Shown here one piece after another: positions 26,065 to 37,264 of a stretch of 64,000 nucleotides of DNA. This stretch comes from Gammaproteobacteria bacterium. Lineage in GTDB: Bacteria; Pseudomonadota; Gammaproteobacteria; Eutrophobiales; Eutrophobiaceae. Numbering within the stretch: position 1 is the first letter of the stretch; each line of letters opens with the position of its first letter. Location: the NCBI GenBank assembly GCA_021773215.1, contig JAJFKM010000048.1, forward strand, positions 12,923 through 76,922. Reading direction: 5' to 3'. A model generated the notes under the pieces. That model had not been told where the DNA came from. It saw only the letters and a program-made list of their open reading frames with translations, and did not search any database. A program made the translations under genes and the position numbers.

Positions 26065-26936
26065 TGGCAATTTTGATCGACAAAAATACTAAAGTAATTG
26101 TTCAAGGTTTTACCGGTCGTCAAGGTACATTCCATGCTGAACAAGCCATTGAATACGGAACCCAATTAGTAGGCGGTGTTACTCCTGGTAAAGGCGGAGA
26201 AAAACATCTCAACAAACCTGTGTTCGATACAGTTGCAGACGCAGTAAACGAAACGGGTGCTAATGCAAGCATGATAATGGTTCCTCCTCCATTTGCAGCA
26301 GAAGCAATAACAGAAGCTGCGGAAGCAGGTATCAATATCATCGTATGCATCACTGAGGGCATTCCTGTTATAGATATGGTAAAAGCCAGAGCCTATGTTG
26401 ATCAGTTTCCAGATATAAGACTTGTTGGACCAAACTGTCCCGGCGTCATTACTCCTGGCGAGTGCAAAATAGGAATAATGCCCGGTAGTATTCATAAAGT
26501 AGGCTGTATCGGTGTGGTTTCACGTTCTGGCACACTTACTTATGAAGCAGTTCACCAAACCACTATGAACGGGCTTGGACAAAGCACTTGCGTCGGCATT
26601 GGCGGCGATCCTATCAATGGCACAAACTTCATTGATTGCTTAGAGTTGTTTCAAGAAGACCCTGAAACGAAAGGGATCATAATGGTAGGTGAAATTGGAG
26701 GTACAGCAGAAGAAGAAGCGGCACAGTTTATTAAGGATAATGTTACTAAACCTGTCGTTGGTTACATCGCGGGCGTCACAGCACCACCCGGAAAAAGAAT
26801 GGGTCATGCTGGCGCTATTATTTCAGGTGGAAAAGGAACTGCCGATGATAAATTTGCCGCACTTGATGAAGCTAATGTTAAGACTGTTAGATCGCCAAGT
26901 GAACTGGGAACTGCCATAGCTTCGATAATGCCATAG
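26064..26936 (+). CDS. sucD: Succinate--CoA ligase alpha subunit
   Basis: [24 protein letters not shown] is the conserved SucD N-terminus. Its ATG overlaps the sucC stop. Confidence 0.97.
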
Positions 26937-26981
26937 TTTTTTATCAGCAATTAACATATTTAATATTAATTTGAACACGTC

Positions 26982-27016
26982 TTTTGTCTGCTTGTTAATA
27001 AACAAGCAGACAAAAT
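26982..27016 (+). terminator. Perfect 15-bp inverted repeat hairpin downstream of sucD (probable terminator)
   Basis: TTTTGTCTGCTTGTT-aataa-AACAAGCAGACAAAA. Confidence 0.5.
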
Positions 27017-27034
27017 CAGTTTATAGTCAATACA

Positions 27035-28684
27035 GTGTCACATGAAAACATGTCTGCAAATCAACTGCGTATTACACTAGCTCAATTAAACCTCACCGTT
27101 GGCGATTTTGAGAACAATACAAAAATAATAATCGAGTCAATAAAAACTGCTTGCTCAACTTTTAAAGCTGACGTAATCCTTTTCCCAGAACTCACCATCA
27201 GTTCTTACCCGCCAGAAGATTTGCTATTTAGGCCTGCTTTTTTAAACTCTACGAAAAAAGCGCTAGATGAAATTGTAAATGCTACAAATAATATTCATGT
27301 ACTGATAGGTTATCCCTGCTTACATGAAGGCGAGTTATACAATGCTTGCAGTCTTATTAACAGCAGAAAAATATTACAAACCTATTTTAAACAGCATTTG
27401 CCGAACTACGGTGTTTTTGATGAAAAACGATATTTCAAGGAAGGGACGGAACATTGCTTGTTTGATATTAATGGCATTACTGCAGCCATAAGTATCTGTG
27501 AAGACGTCTGGATACCAACATTCACACAAGATGCTGCAGCGGCAGGAGCACAAATCATATTTAATATGAATGCATCGCCCTACCACAAAAACAAGTTATC
27601 TCAACGGGAGGAGATTATATCAAAACAAGCTTCAGACTCAGGTTTGTATATTGTCTATACCAACTTAGTAGGTGGTCAGGATGAGCTCGTCTTTGATGGA
27701 AACTCAATGGTAATGGATGATCATGGAAAACGTATTTTCCATGCTCCACAATTTGAGGAAAATTTATACAGTGTCACGTTAGATCTAAAGTCACCCAACA
27801 ATAATAAACTGAATAATGTGTCTATTCCGTCATCAACCGAGGAAGAGAATATATATAACGCGCTTGTCCTTGGCGTAAAAGATTATGTAGGAAAGAATAA
27901 TTTTAAAGGCGCGATTATTGGTCTTTCTGGTGGTATAGATTCGGCACTTACTCTGAGCATTGCTGTAGATGCATTAGGTGCCGAAAATGTTGAAGTATTG
28001 ATAATGCCTTCGCGCTATACCGCAGACATGAGTAATGAAGACGCCTGCCTACAAGCAAAAATGCTTGGTGTCGATTATGAAATAATTTCTATTGAACAAC
28101 CTTTTGATACTTTGCTAAAGGCACTAGAACCTCGTTTTAAAGATTTCCCTGTCGACACTACAGAAGAAAATATTCAGGCCCGTTGCAGAGGTATTTTACT
28201 CATGGCGATATCCAATAAAAGCGGAAAGATAGTTTTAACTACCGGAAACAAAAGTGAAATGGCTGTTGGTTATGCCACGCTCTACGGTGACATGGCAGGA
28301 GGTTATGCGCCACTTAAAGACGTATGGAAGACTCTTGTATACCGTCTCGCAAAGTGGCGCAACACAAAAAAACCTTCAATACCAAAAAGAGTCATAGACA
28401 GAGCTCCTACAGCCGAGCTACGTCATGATCAACTAGATCAAGATTTGCTACCTGACTATGAAATTCTTGATCCGATTCTTGAGCAATATATAGAGCTCGA
28501 TAGGCATCCTGAACAGATTATTGCCGCAGGCTATGATGCAGATACTGTCTACAAAGTTATCACTCTCGTAGACAGAAGTGAATACAAACGAAGACAAGCA
28601 GCACCGGGAGTCAGAGTAACGAAAAGGGCTTTTGGCAGAGATCGACGCTATCCAATTAGCTCGAATTATACAGAAAATAAATGA
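27035..28684 (+). CDS. nadE: Glutamine-dependent NAD+ synthetase
   Basis: 549 aa. An N-terminal CN-hydrolase domain is followed by the NAD synthase domain with PP-loop GLSGGIDSAL. Confidence 0.93.
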   Translation: MSHENMSANQLRITLAQLNLTVGDFENNTKIIIESIKTACSTFKADVILFPELTISSYPPEDLLFRPAFLNSTKKALDEIVNATNNIHVLIGYPCLHEGELYNACSLINSRKILQTYFKQHLPNYGVFDEKRYFKEGTEHCLFDINGITAAISICEDVWIPTFTQDAAAAGAQIIFNMNASPYHKNKLSQREEIISKQASDSGLYIVYTNLVGGQDELVFDGNSMVMDDHGKRIFHAPQFEENLYSVTLDLKSPNNNKLNNVSIPSSTEEENIYNALVLGVKDYVGKNNFKGAIIGLSGGIDSALTLSIAVDALGAENVEVLIMPSRYTADMSNEDACLQAKMLGVDYEIISIEQPFDTLLKALEPRFKDFPVDTTEENIQARCRGILLMAISNKSGKIVLTTGNKSEMAVGYATLYGDMAGGYAPLKDVWKTLVYRLAKWRNTKKPSIPKRVIDRAPTAELRHDQLDQDLLPDYEILDPILEQYIELDRHPEQIIAAGYDADTVYKVITLVDRSEYKRRQAAPGVRVTKRAFGRDRRYPISSNYTENK

Positions 28685-29458
28685 TTATTTAACTACTTCT
28701 ACTTCCTTCACTTCATAAAGTCCAGGATGGTTCGGGTAATTGAACTCTAGCACGCGCAGCGCATCATTTGAGAGATCATCCATTTCAAGCACGCGATAAG
28801 CTTTGGCCATAACAACTAATGCATCAGGAACAGCAGGTGTCTTTGGGTAATTTTCTATTACGTACCTAGCCCTGTTAGCAGCTGCAATAAACGCTCCTCG
28901 TCGCATATAATAATTTGCAACATGAACCTCATTTTTTGCCAGTATATTTCGTAAATAACGCATTCGTTTTGCTGAGTCTTCTACATACTGACTTTCAGGA
29001 AACCTTTTAACGAGCTCAGAGAAATCCTGAAAAGCACTAAAAGCGGCACCCGGATCACGTTGAGATTCATCAGTAGGCATATAACGCTGTAAGAACCCCT
29101 TGCCTTTATTAAAGTGTGTCAAACCTTTTAGATAATAGGCATAATCGACATGTGCATTTTGAGGATATAATTTAATAAAACGATTGCATGCTGCAATTGC
29201 CGCATCCGGGTCCTCATCCTTATAGTGTGCATAAGCTAAATCCAATAATGCTTGTTGTGCATGCACTCCAAAAGGGAATCGTGTCTCCAGTTTTTGATAA
29301 AACTCAACTGCTTTACTGTATGAGCCAGAATCAAGCTCCCCTCTTGCCTCAGTATATAGACGATCAGCGTCCCAACCTTCAGTATCATCACCCTTGTCTT
29401 TGAAATGAGAACAAGCAGAGAGTATAAAAATAAGTAAAAATATTATTGAATGTCGCAT
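28685..29458 (-). CDS. bamD: Outer membrane protein assembly factor BamD (TPR lipoprotein)
   Basis: Lipoprotein signal ending LSAC, TPR repeats, and a conserved position next to rluD. Confidence 0.9.
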   Translation of the reverse strand: MRHSIIFLLIFILSACSHFKDKGDDTEGWDADRLYTEARGELDSGSYSKAVEFYQKLETRFPFGVHAQQALLDLAYAHYKDEDPDAAIAACNRFIKLYPQNAHVDYAYYLKGLTHFNKGKGFLQRYMPTDESQRDPGAAFSAFQDFSELVKRFPESQYVEDSAKRMRYLRNILAKNEVHVANYYMRRGAFIAAANRARYVIENYPKTPAVPDALVVMAKAYRVLEMDDLSNDALRVLEFNYPNHPGLYEVKEVEVVK

Positions 29459-29506
29459 AAACTGTAGATTAGCTCAAACCCATCATGAGGGCAAAGCTTC
29501 ATACAC

Positions 29507-30451
29507 ATGCCTAAACTCCAATTACAAATAGTCATTCCAGAAAAACTCTCGGGCAAACGCCTCGATCAAGCGCTTTCACAATTGGTTCCGGAATATTCAC
29601 GTTCACGAATTCAATCATGGATTAAGGCGGGAGATGTAAGCGTTAATAAATCAACTTCTAAACAACGAACTGAAGTACACGTCGGTGACATTATTGAAAT
29701 AGATACTGAAATCAACAAAATTGAAAAACATCAAGCTGAAGCAATTAATCTAAACATTCTGCATGAAGACGAGGCGTTAATTGTGATAAACAAACCTGCT
29801 GGTTTAATCGTTCATCCTGGCGCAGGCAATCCAAATCACACTTTGATTAATGCCTTGTTAAATTTTGACGAAGACCTAGATGCTATTCCACGAGCAGGCA
29901 TCATTCATCGTCTTGATAAAGACACAACGGGTGTCTTGGTTGTTGCACGTACACTTGAGTCACACACCTACCTAGTCGATCAACTTCAAAAACGATACAT
30001 TAAACGTGAGTACCAGGCGATAGTCTGTGGTCAACTTACCTCCGGTGGCTCTATTGAAAACAAGATGGGGCGACATCCGAAACAACGGATCAAAATGGCC
30101 GTGACTAATAACGGTAAAACAGCAACGACGCACTATAGAATAATAAAGAAATATGAACACTATACGCACCTGCATGTACAACTTGAAACAGGACGGACAC
30201 ATCAGATACGCGTTCATATGTCCCATATTAAACATCCTATTGTGGGCGACCCGGTGTATGGAAATAATAAATCTATCCGAAAAGGTGTGGATTCTTCACT
30301 TCGTGATTTCATCCTTAATTTTAACCGCCAAGCCTTGCATGCATTCTCACTTGAACTGACGCATCCCGTGAGTAATCAAAAAATGAATTTTATTGCAGAA
30401 CTCCCTGATGATATTAAGACATTAATCGATACTTTAAATAGCTATGACTAA
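29507..30451 (+). CDS. rluD: 23S rRNA pseudouridine synthase D
   Basis: S4 domain plus RluA-family catalytic motif HRLDKDTTGVLVVA. Confidence 0.93.
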   Translation: MPKLQLQIVIPEKLSGKRLDQALSQLVPEYSRSRIQSWIKAGDVSVNKSTSKQRTEVHVGDIIEIDTEINKIEKHQAEAINLNILHEDEALIVINKPAGLIVHPGAGNPNHTLINALLNFDEDLDAIPRAGIIHRLDKDTTGVLVVARTLESHTYLVDQLQKRYIKREYQAIVCGQLTSGGSIENKMGRHPKQRIKMAVTNNGKTATTHYRIIKKYEHYTHLHVQLETGRTHQIRVHMSHIKHPIVGDPVYGNNKSIRKGVDSSLRDFILNFNRQALHAFSLELTHPVSNQKMNFIAELPDDIKTLIDTLNSYD

Positions 30452-31187
30452 TCAGTCAGATAATCTTTGGCTATGGGCAGATTGGCCTGCGCCAAAGCAT
30501 GTACGTGCCGGCACATCACTCAGAACTGGGGGGGTTAGCCTTCCTCCTTTTAACGAACTAAATCTAGGTCTGCATGTAGGAGACGATGCGAAAGACGTTG
30601 TAAGCAACCGGAATATATTATCTCAACACCTAAGTTTACTTTCTGAACCAGTTTGGTTAGACCAAATACACAGCACTAATATTATTTCATTAGATGGTCA
30701 CAGCCTAGATACATCTGCCGATGGCAGTTATACAACAAAAAAGAATAATGCATGCACTATCATGACAGCAGACTGTGTGCCGATTTTACTTTGCAATGCG
30801 GCAGGTACGAAAGTCGCCGCCATACATGCTGGCTGGAAAGGGATCTGTAATGGAATCATAGAAAATGCCGTTAATTTATTCTCAAAGCCTGACACACTAT
30901 ATATATGGATAGGACCATGCATCAGCAATGATTATTATGAAGTAGGTAGAGATGTATATGAACAATGCCTAGACCACGAAACTAGTCTCAAAAGTGCTTT
31001 CACACAAAAGAGCGAAGAACATTGGTATTGTGATCTAGTAAAAATAGTGAAAATAATCCTTAATATTTCAGGAGTTGGCCTGATTTATGAATGTGGATTA
31101 TGTACCTATAAAATGGACAGGCTATTCTATTCATATCGTCGTGATGGGGTTTCTGGACGTGCAGCATCAATGATCTGGATGGAATAG
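30444..31187 (+). CDS. pgeF: Purine nucleoside phosphorylase/laccase-domain protein PgeF (YfiH)
   Basis: 247 aa with DUF152 motifs (TADCVPILL, HAGWKG). It holds the conserved position between rluD and clpB. Confidence 0.88.
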   Translation: MTNQSDNLWLWADWPAPKHVRAGTSLRTGGVSLPPFNELNLGLHVGDDAKDVVSNRNILSQHLSLLSEPVWLDQIHSTNIISLDGHSLDTSADGSYTTKKNNACTIMTADCVPILLCNAAGTKVAAIHAGWKGICNGIIENAVNLFSKPDTLYIWIGPCISNDYYEVGRDVYEQCLDHETSLKSAFTQKSEEHWYCDLVKIVKIILNISGVGLIYECGLCTYKMDRLFYSYRRDGVSGRAASMIWME

Positions 31188-31251
31188 TAGGAATATTAGA
31201 CTAAGCTTTATTTTATAATTAAGAACCGAAACAATCATCAGGGGAAGAGAA

Positions 31252-32682
31252 ATGGGGCAAAAAAAGAAGAATAATAAGTCACTAAGTTTCAGTGAGAGTG
31301 TCAACTTCATGGTTGATCGCGCAATAACCGTTCTTGATATTGATTCTGGTATTGCAGCCGCTCTCAAAGCCTGTAATTCAACTATAAAAGTCAATTTCCC
31401 TGTAGAAATCAACGGCAAAATAGAAGTGTTTACCGGTTGGCGATCTGTCCATAGTGATCATAGATTGCCATCTAAGGGCGGTATTCGTTTCGCCCCTATT
31501 GTTAATGAAGATGAGGTCGAGGCCTTAGCATCATTAATGACATACAAATGTGCCATCGTCGATGTGCCATTTGGTGGTTCGAAAGGTGGGTTATTAATCG
31601 ACCCTTCCAAGTACAAACGAGATGACTTACAAAAGATCACACGAAGATTTGCACGAGAGCTTGTTAGAAAAGGCTTTCTCAGCCCAGCTAAAAATGTTCC
31701 AGCACCGGATATGGGCACGGGCGAAAGGGAAATGGCCTGGATAGCCGATACATATAAACATCTTCATCCCGAAGATATTAATTACACAGCATGTGTCACC
31801 GGTAAACCCGTTGCCCACGGCGGTATCGTCGGTAGAACCGAAGCAACTGGCCGCGGAGTGGTTTATGCGATACGTGAATTTTTTCGCAATGCCGATGATG
31901 TCCAGGCAGCAGGACTCAAGCCTGGCCTCGGGGGTAAACGCATCGTAGTACAAGGGCTTGGCAATGTAGGTTACTACGCTGCGAAACTCTTGGATGAGGA
32001 AGATGAAAGTAAAATTATTGCAATAGTTGAACGTGATGGCGTACTAATAAATGAGAATGGCCTGTGTGTCGAAGATGTGAGGATGCATATAAATGAGCAT
32101 AAAACCATTAAAGGATTTCCCGATGCCACTTTCTCAGAAGACGGTGCATCAGGTTTAGAGATTGAATGTGACATCTTGATTCCCGCAGCGATGGAAGCCC
32201 AGATCACTCAAAAGAATGCTGAAAATATTAAAGCCAAACTAATCGTTGAAGCAGCAAATGGGCCCGTGACTTTTGAAGCCGATGATATCCTACGTCAAAG
32301 TGGCGTTACTATATTACCCGATGCCTATGTCAATGCAGGCGGCGTAACAGTTTCATATTTTGAATGGGTTCGAAACCTTGCTCATATTCGCTTTGGTAGA
32401 ATGGAAAGGCGACACGATGAAATGCGTGGAGCTAAGTTATTGCAAGCACTGGAAACGATGGCAGGAAAACCAACCGAAGACTGGATGCAAAAAGAATTAG
32501 TTTATGGTGCCAACGAACTCGACCTGGTTAGATCTGGGCTTGATGATACGATGCGTAATAGTTATCAACAACTAAAGGAAGCCTATAACTCAAATGAAAA
32601 TGTTAATGATTTTAGGACCGCATCATATGTTGTCGCGATTCAGAAATTAGTACGCTCATATATTGATATCGGTGTATTTTAA
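31252..32682 (+). CDS. gdhA: Glutamate dehydrogenase (Glu/Leu/Phe/Val dehydrogenase family)
   Basis: KGGIRF and GGSKGG catalytic motifs plus a Rossmann motif GLGNVG. Confidence 0.88.
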   Translation: MGQKKKNNKSLSFSESVNFMVDRAITVLDIDSGIAAALKACNSTIKVNFPVEINGKIEVFTGWRSVHSDHRLPSKGGIRFAPIVNEDEVEALASLMTYKCAIVDVPFGGSKGGLLIDPSKYKRDDLQKITRRFARELVRKGFLSPAKNVPAPDMGTGEREMAWIADTYKHLHPEDINYTACVTGKPVAHGGIVGRTEATGRGVVYAIREFFRNADDVQAAGLKPGLGGKRIVVQGLGNVGYYAAKLLDEEDESKIIAIVERDGVLINENGLCVEDVRMHINEHKTIKGFPDATFSEDGASGLEIECDILIPAAMEAQITQKNAENIKAKLIVEAANGPVTFEADDILRQSGVTILPDAYVNAGGVTVSYFEWVRNLAHIRFGRMERRHDEMRGAKLLQALETMAGKPTEDWMQKELVYGANELDLVRSGLDDTMRNSYQQLKEAYNSNENVNDFRTASYVVAIQKLVRSYIDIGVF

Positions 32683-32737
32683 TAAAAAATAATAATCACA
32701 TTTATGCAGATGTTAATTTATGAATCGTCTTGAAAAC

Positions 32738-32768
32738 ACTTGAATCCGTGCTGAATGGCCTTATTTAT
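32738..32768 (+). promoter_or_regulatory. Candidate sigma-32 heat-shock promoter of clpB
   Basis: CTTGAAT-N14-CCTTATTTA compared with the sigma-32 consensus CTTGAAA-N13-15-CCCCATNTA. It lies about 30 nt upstream of the clpB ATG. Confidence 0.35.
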
Positions 32769-32799
32769 TAAGTAGTACTTAAAATGCAAGGCTAAAATA

Positions 32800-35391
32800 A
32801 TGCGACCCGATAAATTAACAACGAAATTACAAATGGCACTGGCTGAAGCGCAAAGCATCGCCATTGGACGTGAACATCAATATATAGAACCTGCACATTT
32901 GGCGCATAGCCTGTTAAACCAAGATGGCGGGACACTTTCGCACATACTCTCCTCTTCAGCTGTCAATCTAAACAAGCTAGGAGCTGAACTCAGTAAATTG
33001 CTCGACACTATGCCTACGGTAAGTGGATCGTCAGGTGATGTCCATATCAGCAGAGATCTTGAACGATTATTAAACGTTATGGATAAAACTGCTCAGGACA
33101 GGAAAGATGACTATGTTGCAAGTGAACTCTTCGCCATAGCCGCACTAGAGGATAAAGGCAGACTAGGTGATATTTTCCGGGAATGTGGTGCAGAAAAAAA
33201 TAAACTAAATGACGCCATAGATAAATTACGTGGTGGTGAAAAGGTCAATGATTCAAATGCCGAAGACAACCGGCAAGCACTGGAAAAATATACCACTGAC
33301 CTAACTGCACTTGCCGAAAAAGGAAAACTTGATCCCGTTATTGGACGTGATGAAGAGATTCGTCGGACTATCCAAGTATTACAACGGCGCACTAAAAATA
33401 ATCCTATTCTGATTGGTGAGCCTGGTGTTGGTAAAACTGCAATTGTTGAAGGTCTGGCACAACGTATTCTCAATGGTGAAGTTCCCGAGTCATTAAAACA
33501 TAAAAGATTATTATCCCTTGATATGGGCGCACTAATCGCTGGCGCCAAATTTCGTGGCGAATTTGAAGAGCGCTTAAAGGCCGTTTTAAATGATCTGTCT
33601 AAACAAGAAGGCCAAATCATCTTATTCATCGATGAAGTACATACCATGGTTGGCGCTGGAAAAGCAGAAGGGGCTATGGACGCAGGTAATATGCTGAAAC
33701 CGGCTCTGGCAAGAGGTGAACTACACTGTATTGGCGCGACAACCCTGAATGAATATCGTGAAAATATTGAAAAGGATGCTGCTTTGGAACGGCGTTTCCA
33801 AAAAGTGCTCGTCAATGAACCTACGGTTGAGGATACCATCGCAATTCTACGTGGTTTAAAAGAACGCTACGAAGTACACCATAATGTGCAAATAACCGAT
33901 CCAGCTATCGTCGCTGCGGCAACCTTATCTAATCGCTACATAACTGATCGGCAATTACCAGATAAAGCCATTGATTTAATTGATGAATCTGCGAGCCGGA
34001 TCAGTATTGAGATTGATTCAAAACCAGAGTCTATGGATCGACTTGAACGTCGTGTCATCCAGATGAAAATTGAGCGCGAAGCACTAAAGAAAGAAACCGA
34101 TGCTGCCTCAATTAAACGGCTCGAACTACTCGAAGAGGAAATTAAAAAGGTTGAACGTGAGTTCACCGATCTTGAAGAAATATGGATATCCGAAAAAGCG
34201 GCCTTACAAGGTACGCATAACATTAAAGAAAAACTGGAACAGGCAAGACTCAACTTTGAAGCAGCCAAACGAGGTGGTGATTTAAGCCGTATGTCGGAAC
34301 TTCAATACGGCGTTATTCCAGGTCTTGAAAAACAATTGGATATGGCAAGTCAGGCAGACATGCAAGACATGACGTTACTTAGGAACAAAGTAACAGAGAA
34401 TGAAATTGCAGAAGTTGTTGCCAACTGGACCGGCATACCCGTGAGTAAAATGTTGGAAGGTGAGCGTGAAAAGCTATTATCCATGGAAGGCATATTACAT
34501 AACCGTGTTATCGGCCAAGAACAAGCCATTACCGCAGTATCCAATGCCATTCGTCGCTCACGTGCGGGGCTTTCAGACCCAGATAAACCCAATGGCAGTT
34601 TTCTGTTCCTTGGACCGACAGGTGTCGGAAAAACCGAGCTCTGTAAAAGTCTTACGGAATTTTTATTCGATAGTGAAGATGCAATGATCCGCATCGATAT
34701 GTCCGAATATATGGAAAAACATGCTGTAGCAAGATTAATCGGTGCGCCACCGGGTTATGTTGGCTATGAGCAAGGCGGCTATTTGACTGAAGCCGTCCGC
34801 CGTCGCCCATATAGTCTGATATTGCTGGATGAGATAGAAAAAGCGCATGCCGATGTTTTTAATATTCTGCTGCAAGTATTAGATGATGGACGATTAACAG
34901 ACGGGCATGGACGTACCGTTGATTTTCGTAATACCGTTATCGTTATGACCTCTAACCTCGGCTCTAACCTGATTCAAGAAATGTCCGCTGATTCTGAATA
35001 CACCAATATGAAAGAGGTGGTGCTAAATGAAGTCAGCAACTATTTCAGACCTGAGTTTCTCAATCGCATCGATGAAGTTGTCGTTTTCCACGCCTTAATA
35101 CAGAAACAAATCATGGCAATTGCAGAAATTCAGGTCGATCGTTTACGTAGTCGATTACTTGACCAGGATATATCTCTGGAATTAAGCCCAGAAGCTATAA
35201 GTAATCTAGGCTTGGCAGGGTTCGACCCAGTATACGGTGCGCGTCCGCTAAAACGTGTCATTCAAGACAAACTTGAGACGCCAATAGCAGAAAGAATACT
35301 ATCAGGCCAATATGGTGCTGGATCTTTGATAAAAATAGATGTGATCAATGAAAAATTAGATTTCTCTGGACTAGATACTGATGCAGCCTGA
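32800..35391 (+). CDS. clpB: ATP-dependent chaperone ClpB
   Basis: 863 aa with two AAA+ modules (GEPGVGKT and GPTGVGKT) and a middle coiled-coil; the N-terminus is [19 protein letters not shown]. Confidence 0.97.
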   Translation: MRPDKLTTKLQMALAEAQSIAIGREHQYIEPAHLAHSLLNQDGGTLSHILSSSAVNLNKLGAELSKLLDTMPTVSGSSGDVHISRDLERLLNVMDKTAQDRKDDYVASELFAIAALEDKGRLGDIFRECGAEKNKLNDAIDKLRGGEKVNDSNAEDNRQALEKYTTDLTALAEKGKLDPVIGRDEEIRRTIQVLQRRTKNNPILIGEPGVGKTAIVEGLAQRILNGEVPESLKHKRLLSLDMGALIAGAKFRGEFEERLKAVLNDLSKQEGQIILFIDEVHTMVGAGKAEGAMDAGNMLKPALARGELHCIGATTLNEYRENIEKDAALERRFQKVLVNEPTVEDTIAILRGLKERYEVHHNVQITDPAIVAAATLSNRYITDRQLPDKAIDLIDESASRISIEIDSKPESMDRLERRVIQMKIEREALKKETDAASIKRLELLEEEIKKVEREFTDLEEIWISEKAALQGTHNIKEKLEQARLNFEAAKRGGDLSRMSELQYGVIPGLEKQLDMASQADMQDMTLLRNKVTENEIAEVVANWTGIPVSKMLEGEREKLLSMEGILHNRVIGQEQAITAVSNAIRRSRAGLSDPDKPNGSFLFLGPTGVGKTELCKSLTEFLFDSEDAMIRIDMSEYMEKHAVARLIGAPPGYVGYEQGGYLTEAVRRRPYSLILLDEIEKAHADVFNILLQVLDDGRLTDGHGRTVDFRNTVIVMTSNLGSNLIQEMSADSEYTNMKEVVLNEVSNYFRPEFLNRIDEVVVFHALIQKQIMAIAEIQVDRLRSRLLDQDISLELSPEAISNLGLAGFDPVYGARPLKRVIQDKLETPIAERILSGQYGAGSLIKIDVINEKLDFSGLDTDAA

Positions 35392-35543
35392 CTGAAATTC
35401 TGACTAATTATTAGTAAATAGTCCGGTTTTATATATTTTGCGGTGATTAGACCCTATTTATGAGCTAAAACAGTTGGTTATTTACGTCATATAATCTAAT
35501 ATTTAACTTAAATACTTGATAACAATAGGTCAAGAATACGGTA

Positions 35544-37259
35544 ATGGCTGCTCCAACAAAAAAAATAAATCTCAGTGGGTTAGCGCGCAAACTCGTGCTC
35601 GATGGCTTACTTGATGAAGAAAAGGCTCAAAGTGCATTCGAAGAGTCTCTGAAAAAGAAAAAACCCTTTGTTAGTCTTATAGTTGAAAACAAGCTTGTCC
35701 CCAGTAGCAGTATTGCTCTAGCCGCCGCACAAGAGTTTGGCGCACCATTAGTCGATATTGATCTGTTGGAAATAGATCCTGATATTATCAAGCTAGTCAA
35801 AGAAGAGCTCATTAAAAAACATCATGCATTACCTATTTTCAAACGAGGTAAGCGCTTAGCAGTTGCTGTTTCTGACCCGACAAATATTCAAGCTCTGGAT
35901 GAAATCAAATTCGCAACTGGTTTAACAACGGATGCAGTCATTGTTGAGGAAGATAAACTAACCAAAAATATTGAGAAAGCACTCGAAGCGGCTGATGGCG
36001 GTTTAGGTGATATGGATGATGAAGAATTTGATGACCTAGATGATTTAGAAGTTGCTGAAGATGGTCCTCAGGATGATGATGATAACGATATTGATGATGC
36101 CCCGGTAGTACGTTTTGTTAATAAGTGCTTACTTGATGCCATCAAAAAAGGGGCTTCTGACCTTCATTTCGAACCCTATGAAAAGACATACCGTGTTCGA
36201 TATCGTATAGATGGTGTTTTGATGGAAGTAGCAAAACCACCGATGAGTCTTTCCAGCAAGATCGCAGCACGTATTAAAGTTATGTCCAGACTCGACGTAT
36301 CAGAGCGTCGTGTACCGCAAGATGGACGTATTAAATTAAAACTTTCAAAATCAAAATCAATTGATTTTCGTGTCAGTACGTGTCCGACACTGTTCGGCGA
36401 AAAGACTTGTATGCGTATATTGGATTCAGATGCTGCTGCATTGCAGATAGACCAACTTGGATATGAAGACCACCAAAAAGAAATGTTTCTCACTAACCTG
36501 CATAAACCTTATGGCATGTTCCTGGTCACAGGACCGACAGGTAGTGGTAAAACCGTATCACTCTATACGGGCATAAATATACTGAACCAGGTTGATATTA
36601 ATATTTCTACAGCAGAAGACCCAGTTGAAATAAACCTCCCTGGTGTTAATCAGGTACAGGTAGACGAACGAACAGGGATGACTTTCGAAAAAGCGCTAAA
36701 AGCTTTCTTACGTCAGGATCCCGATATTATCTTGGTTGGAGAGGTTCGTGACCTTGGCACAGCTTCCATTGCTGTTAAAGCTGCACAAACGGGCCATATG
36801 GTCATGTCTACATTGCACACCAATGACGGTCCACAGACTTTAACACGATTACAAGACATGGGCATCCAAGCGTTTGCTGTTGCAACTGCTATCAACCTAA
36901 TTACCGCGCAAAGACTGCTACGCCGCTTAAACCCTAACAATCGAGTCCCATTTGAGATGCCTGATGAGGCGTTAAGAGACGAAGGCTTTCCTGATGACAT
37001 GATCGAAAAAGGCATTAGCTTATTTGAGCCAGGTGAGATAACTGATGATAACCCTGGTTACAAGGGTCGTGCTGGAATATATCAAGTCATGCCCATTTCG
37101 GACGAGATGAAACGTCTGATTATCGAAGGCTCTAATGCAATAGAGTTGGCAGATCAATCTGCATCTGAAGGTATCTGGGATATTCGAAAATCGGGTTTGA
37201 TGAAGGCTGCGTCTGGAGTAACCAGTCTAACTGAAGTTAACCGAGTAACCGTAGAGTAA
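35544..37259 (+). CDS. pilB: Type IV pilus assembly ATPase PilB
   Basis: GspE-family ATPase with Walker A GPTGSGKT and tetracysteine-less T4P PilB architecture; 571 aa. Confidence 0.93.
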   Translation: MAAPTKKINLSGLARKLVLDGLLDEEKAQSAFEESLKKKKPFVSLIVENKLVPSSSIALAAAQEFGAPLVDIDLLEIDPDIIKLVKEELIKKHHALPIFKRGKRLAVAVSDPTNIQALDEIKFATGLTTDAVIVEEDKLTKNIEKALEAADGGLGDMDDEEFDDLDDLEVAEDGPQDDDDNDIDDAPVVRFVNKCLLDAIKKGASDLHFEPYEKTYRVRYRIDGVLMEVAKPPMSLSSKIAARIKVMSRLDVSERRVPQDGRIKLKLSKSKSIDFRVSTCPTLFGEKTCMRILDSDAAALQIDQLGYEDHQKEMFLTNLHKPYGMFLVTGPTGSGKTVSLYTGINILNQVDINISTAEDPVEINLPGVNQVQVDERTGMTFEKALKAFLRQDPDIILVGEVRDLGTASIAVKAAQTGHMVMSTLHTNDGPQTLTRLQDMGIQAFAVATAINLITAQRLLRRLNPNNRVPFEMPDEALRDEGFPDDMIEKGISLFEPGEITDDNPGYKGRAGIYQVMPISDEMKRLIIEGSNAIELADQSASEGIWDIRKSGLMKAASGVTSLTEVNRVTVE

Positions 37260-37264
37260 TCATT

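Noticed and set aside
25722-26495. Minus-strand ORFs (147, 80, 109 aa) overlapping sucC/sucD
   Set aside because: They are antisense to highly conserved sucCD, have no independent signals, and are shadow ORFs.
33111-34694. Several 60-242-aa ORFs antisense to clpB (33111-33839, 33936-34268, 34350-34694 minus; 34100-34285, 34460-34687 plus)
   Set aside because: They fall within the strongly conserved clpB coding region. They are Ser/Arg-rich or low-complexity translations typical of antisense frames, with no start or RBS context.
35490-35495. Perfect TATAAT hexamer upstream of pilB
   Set aside because: No acceptable -35 element at 16-18 bp spacing, since the upstream sequence reads TAAAAC. 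An isolated -10 in AT-rich intergenic DNA is not sufficient to call a promoter.
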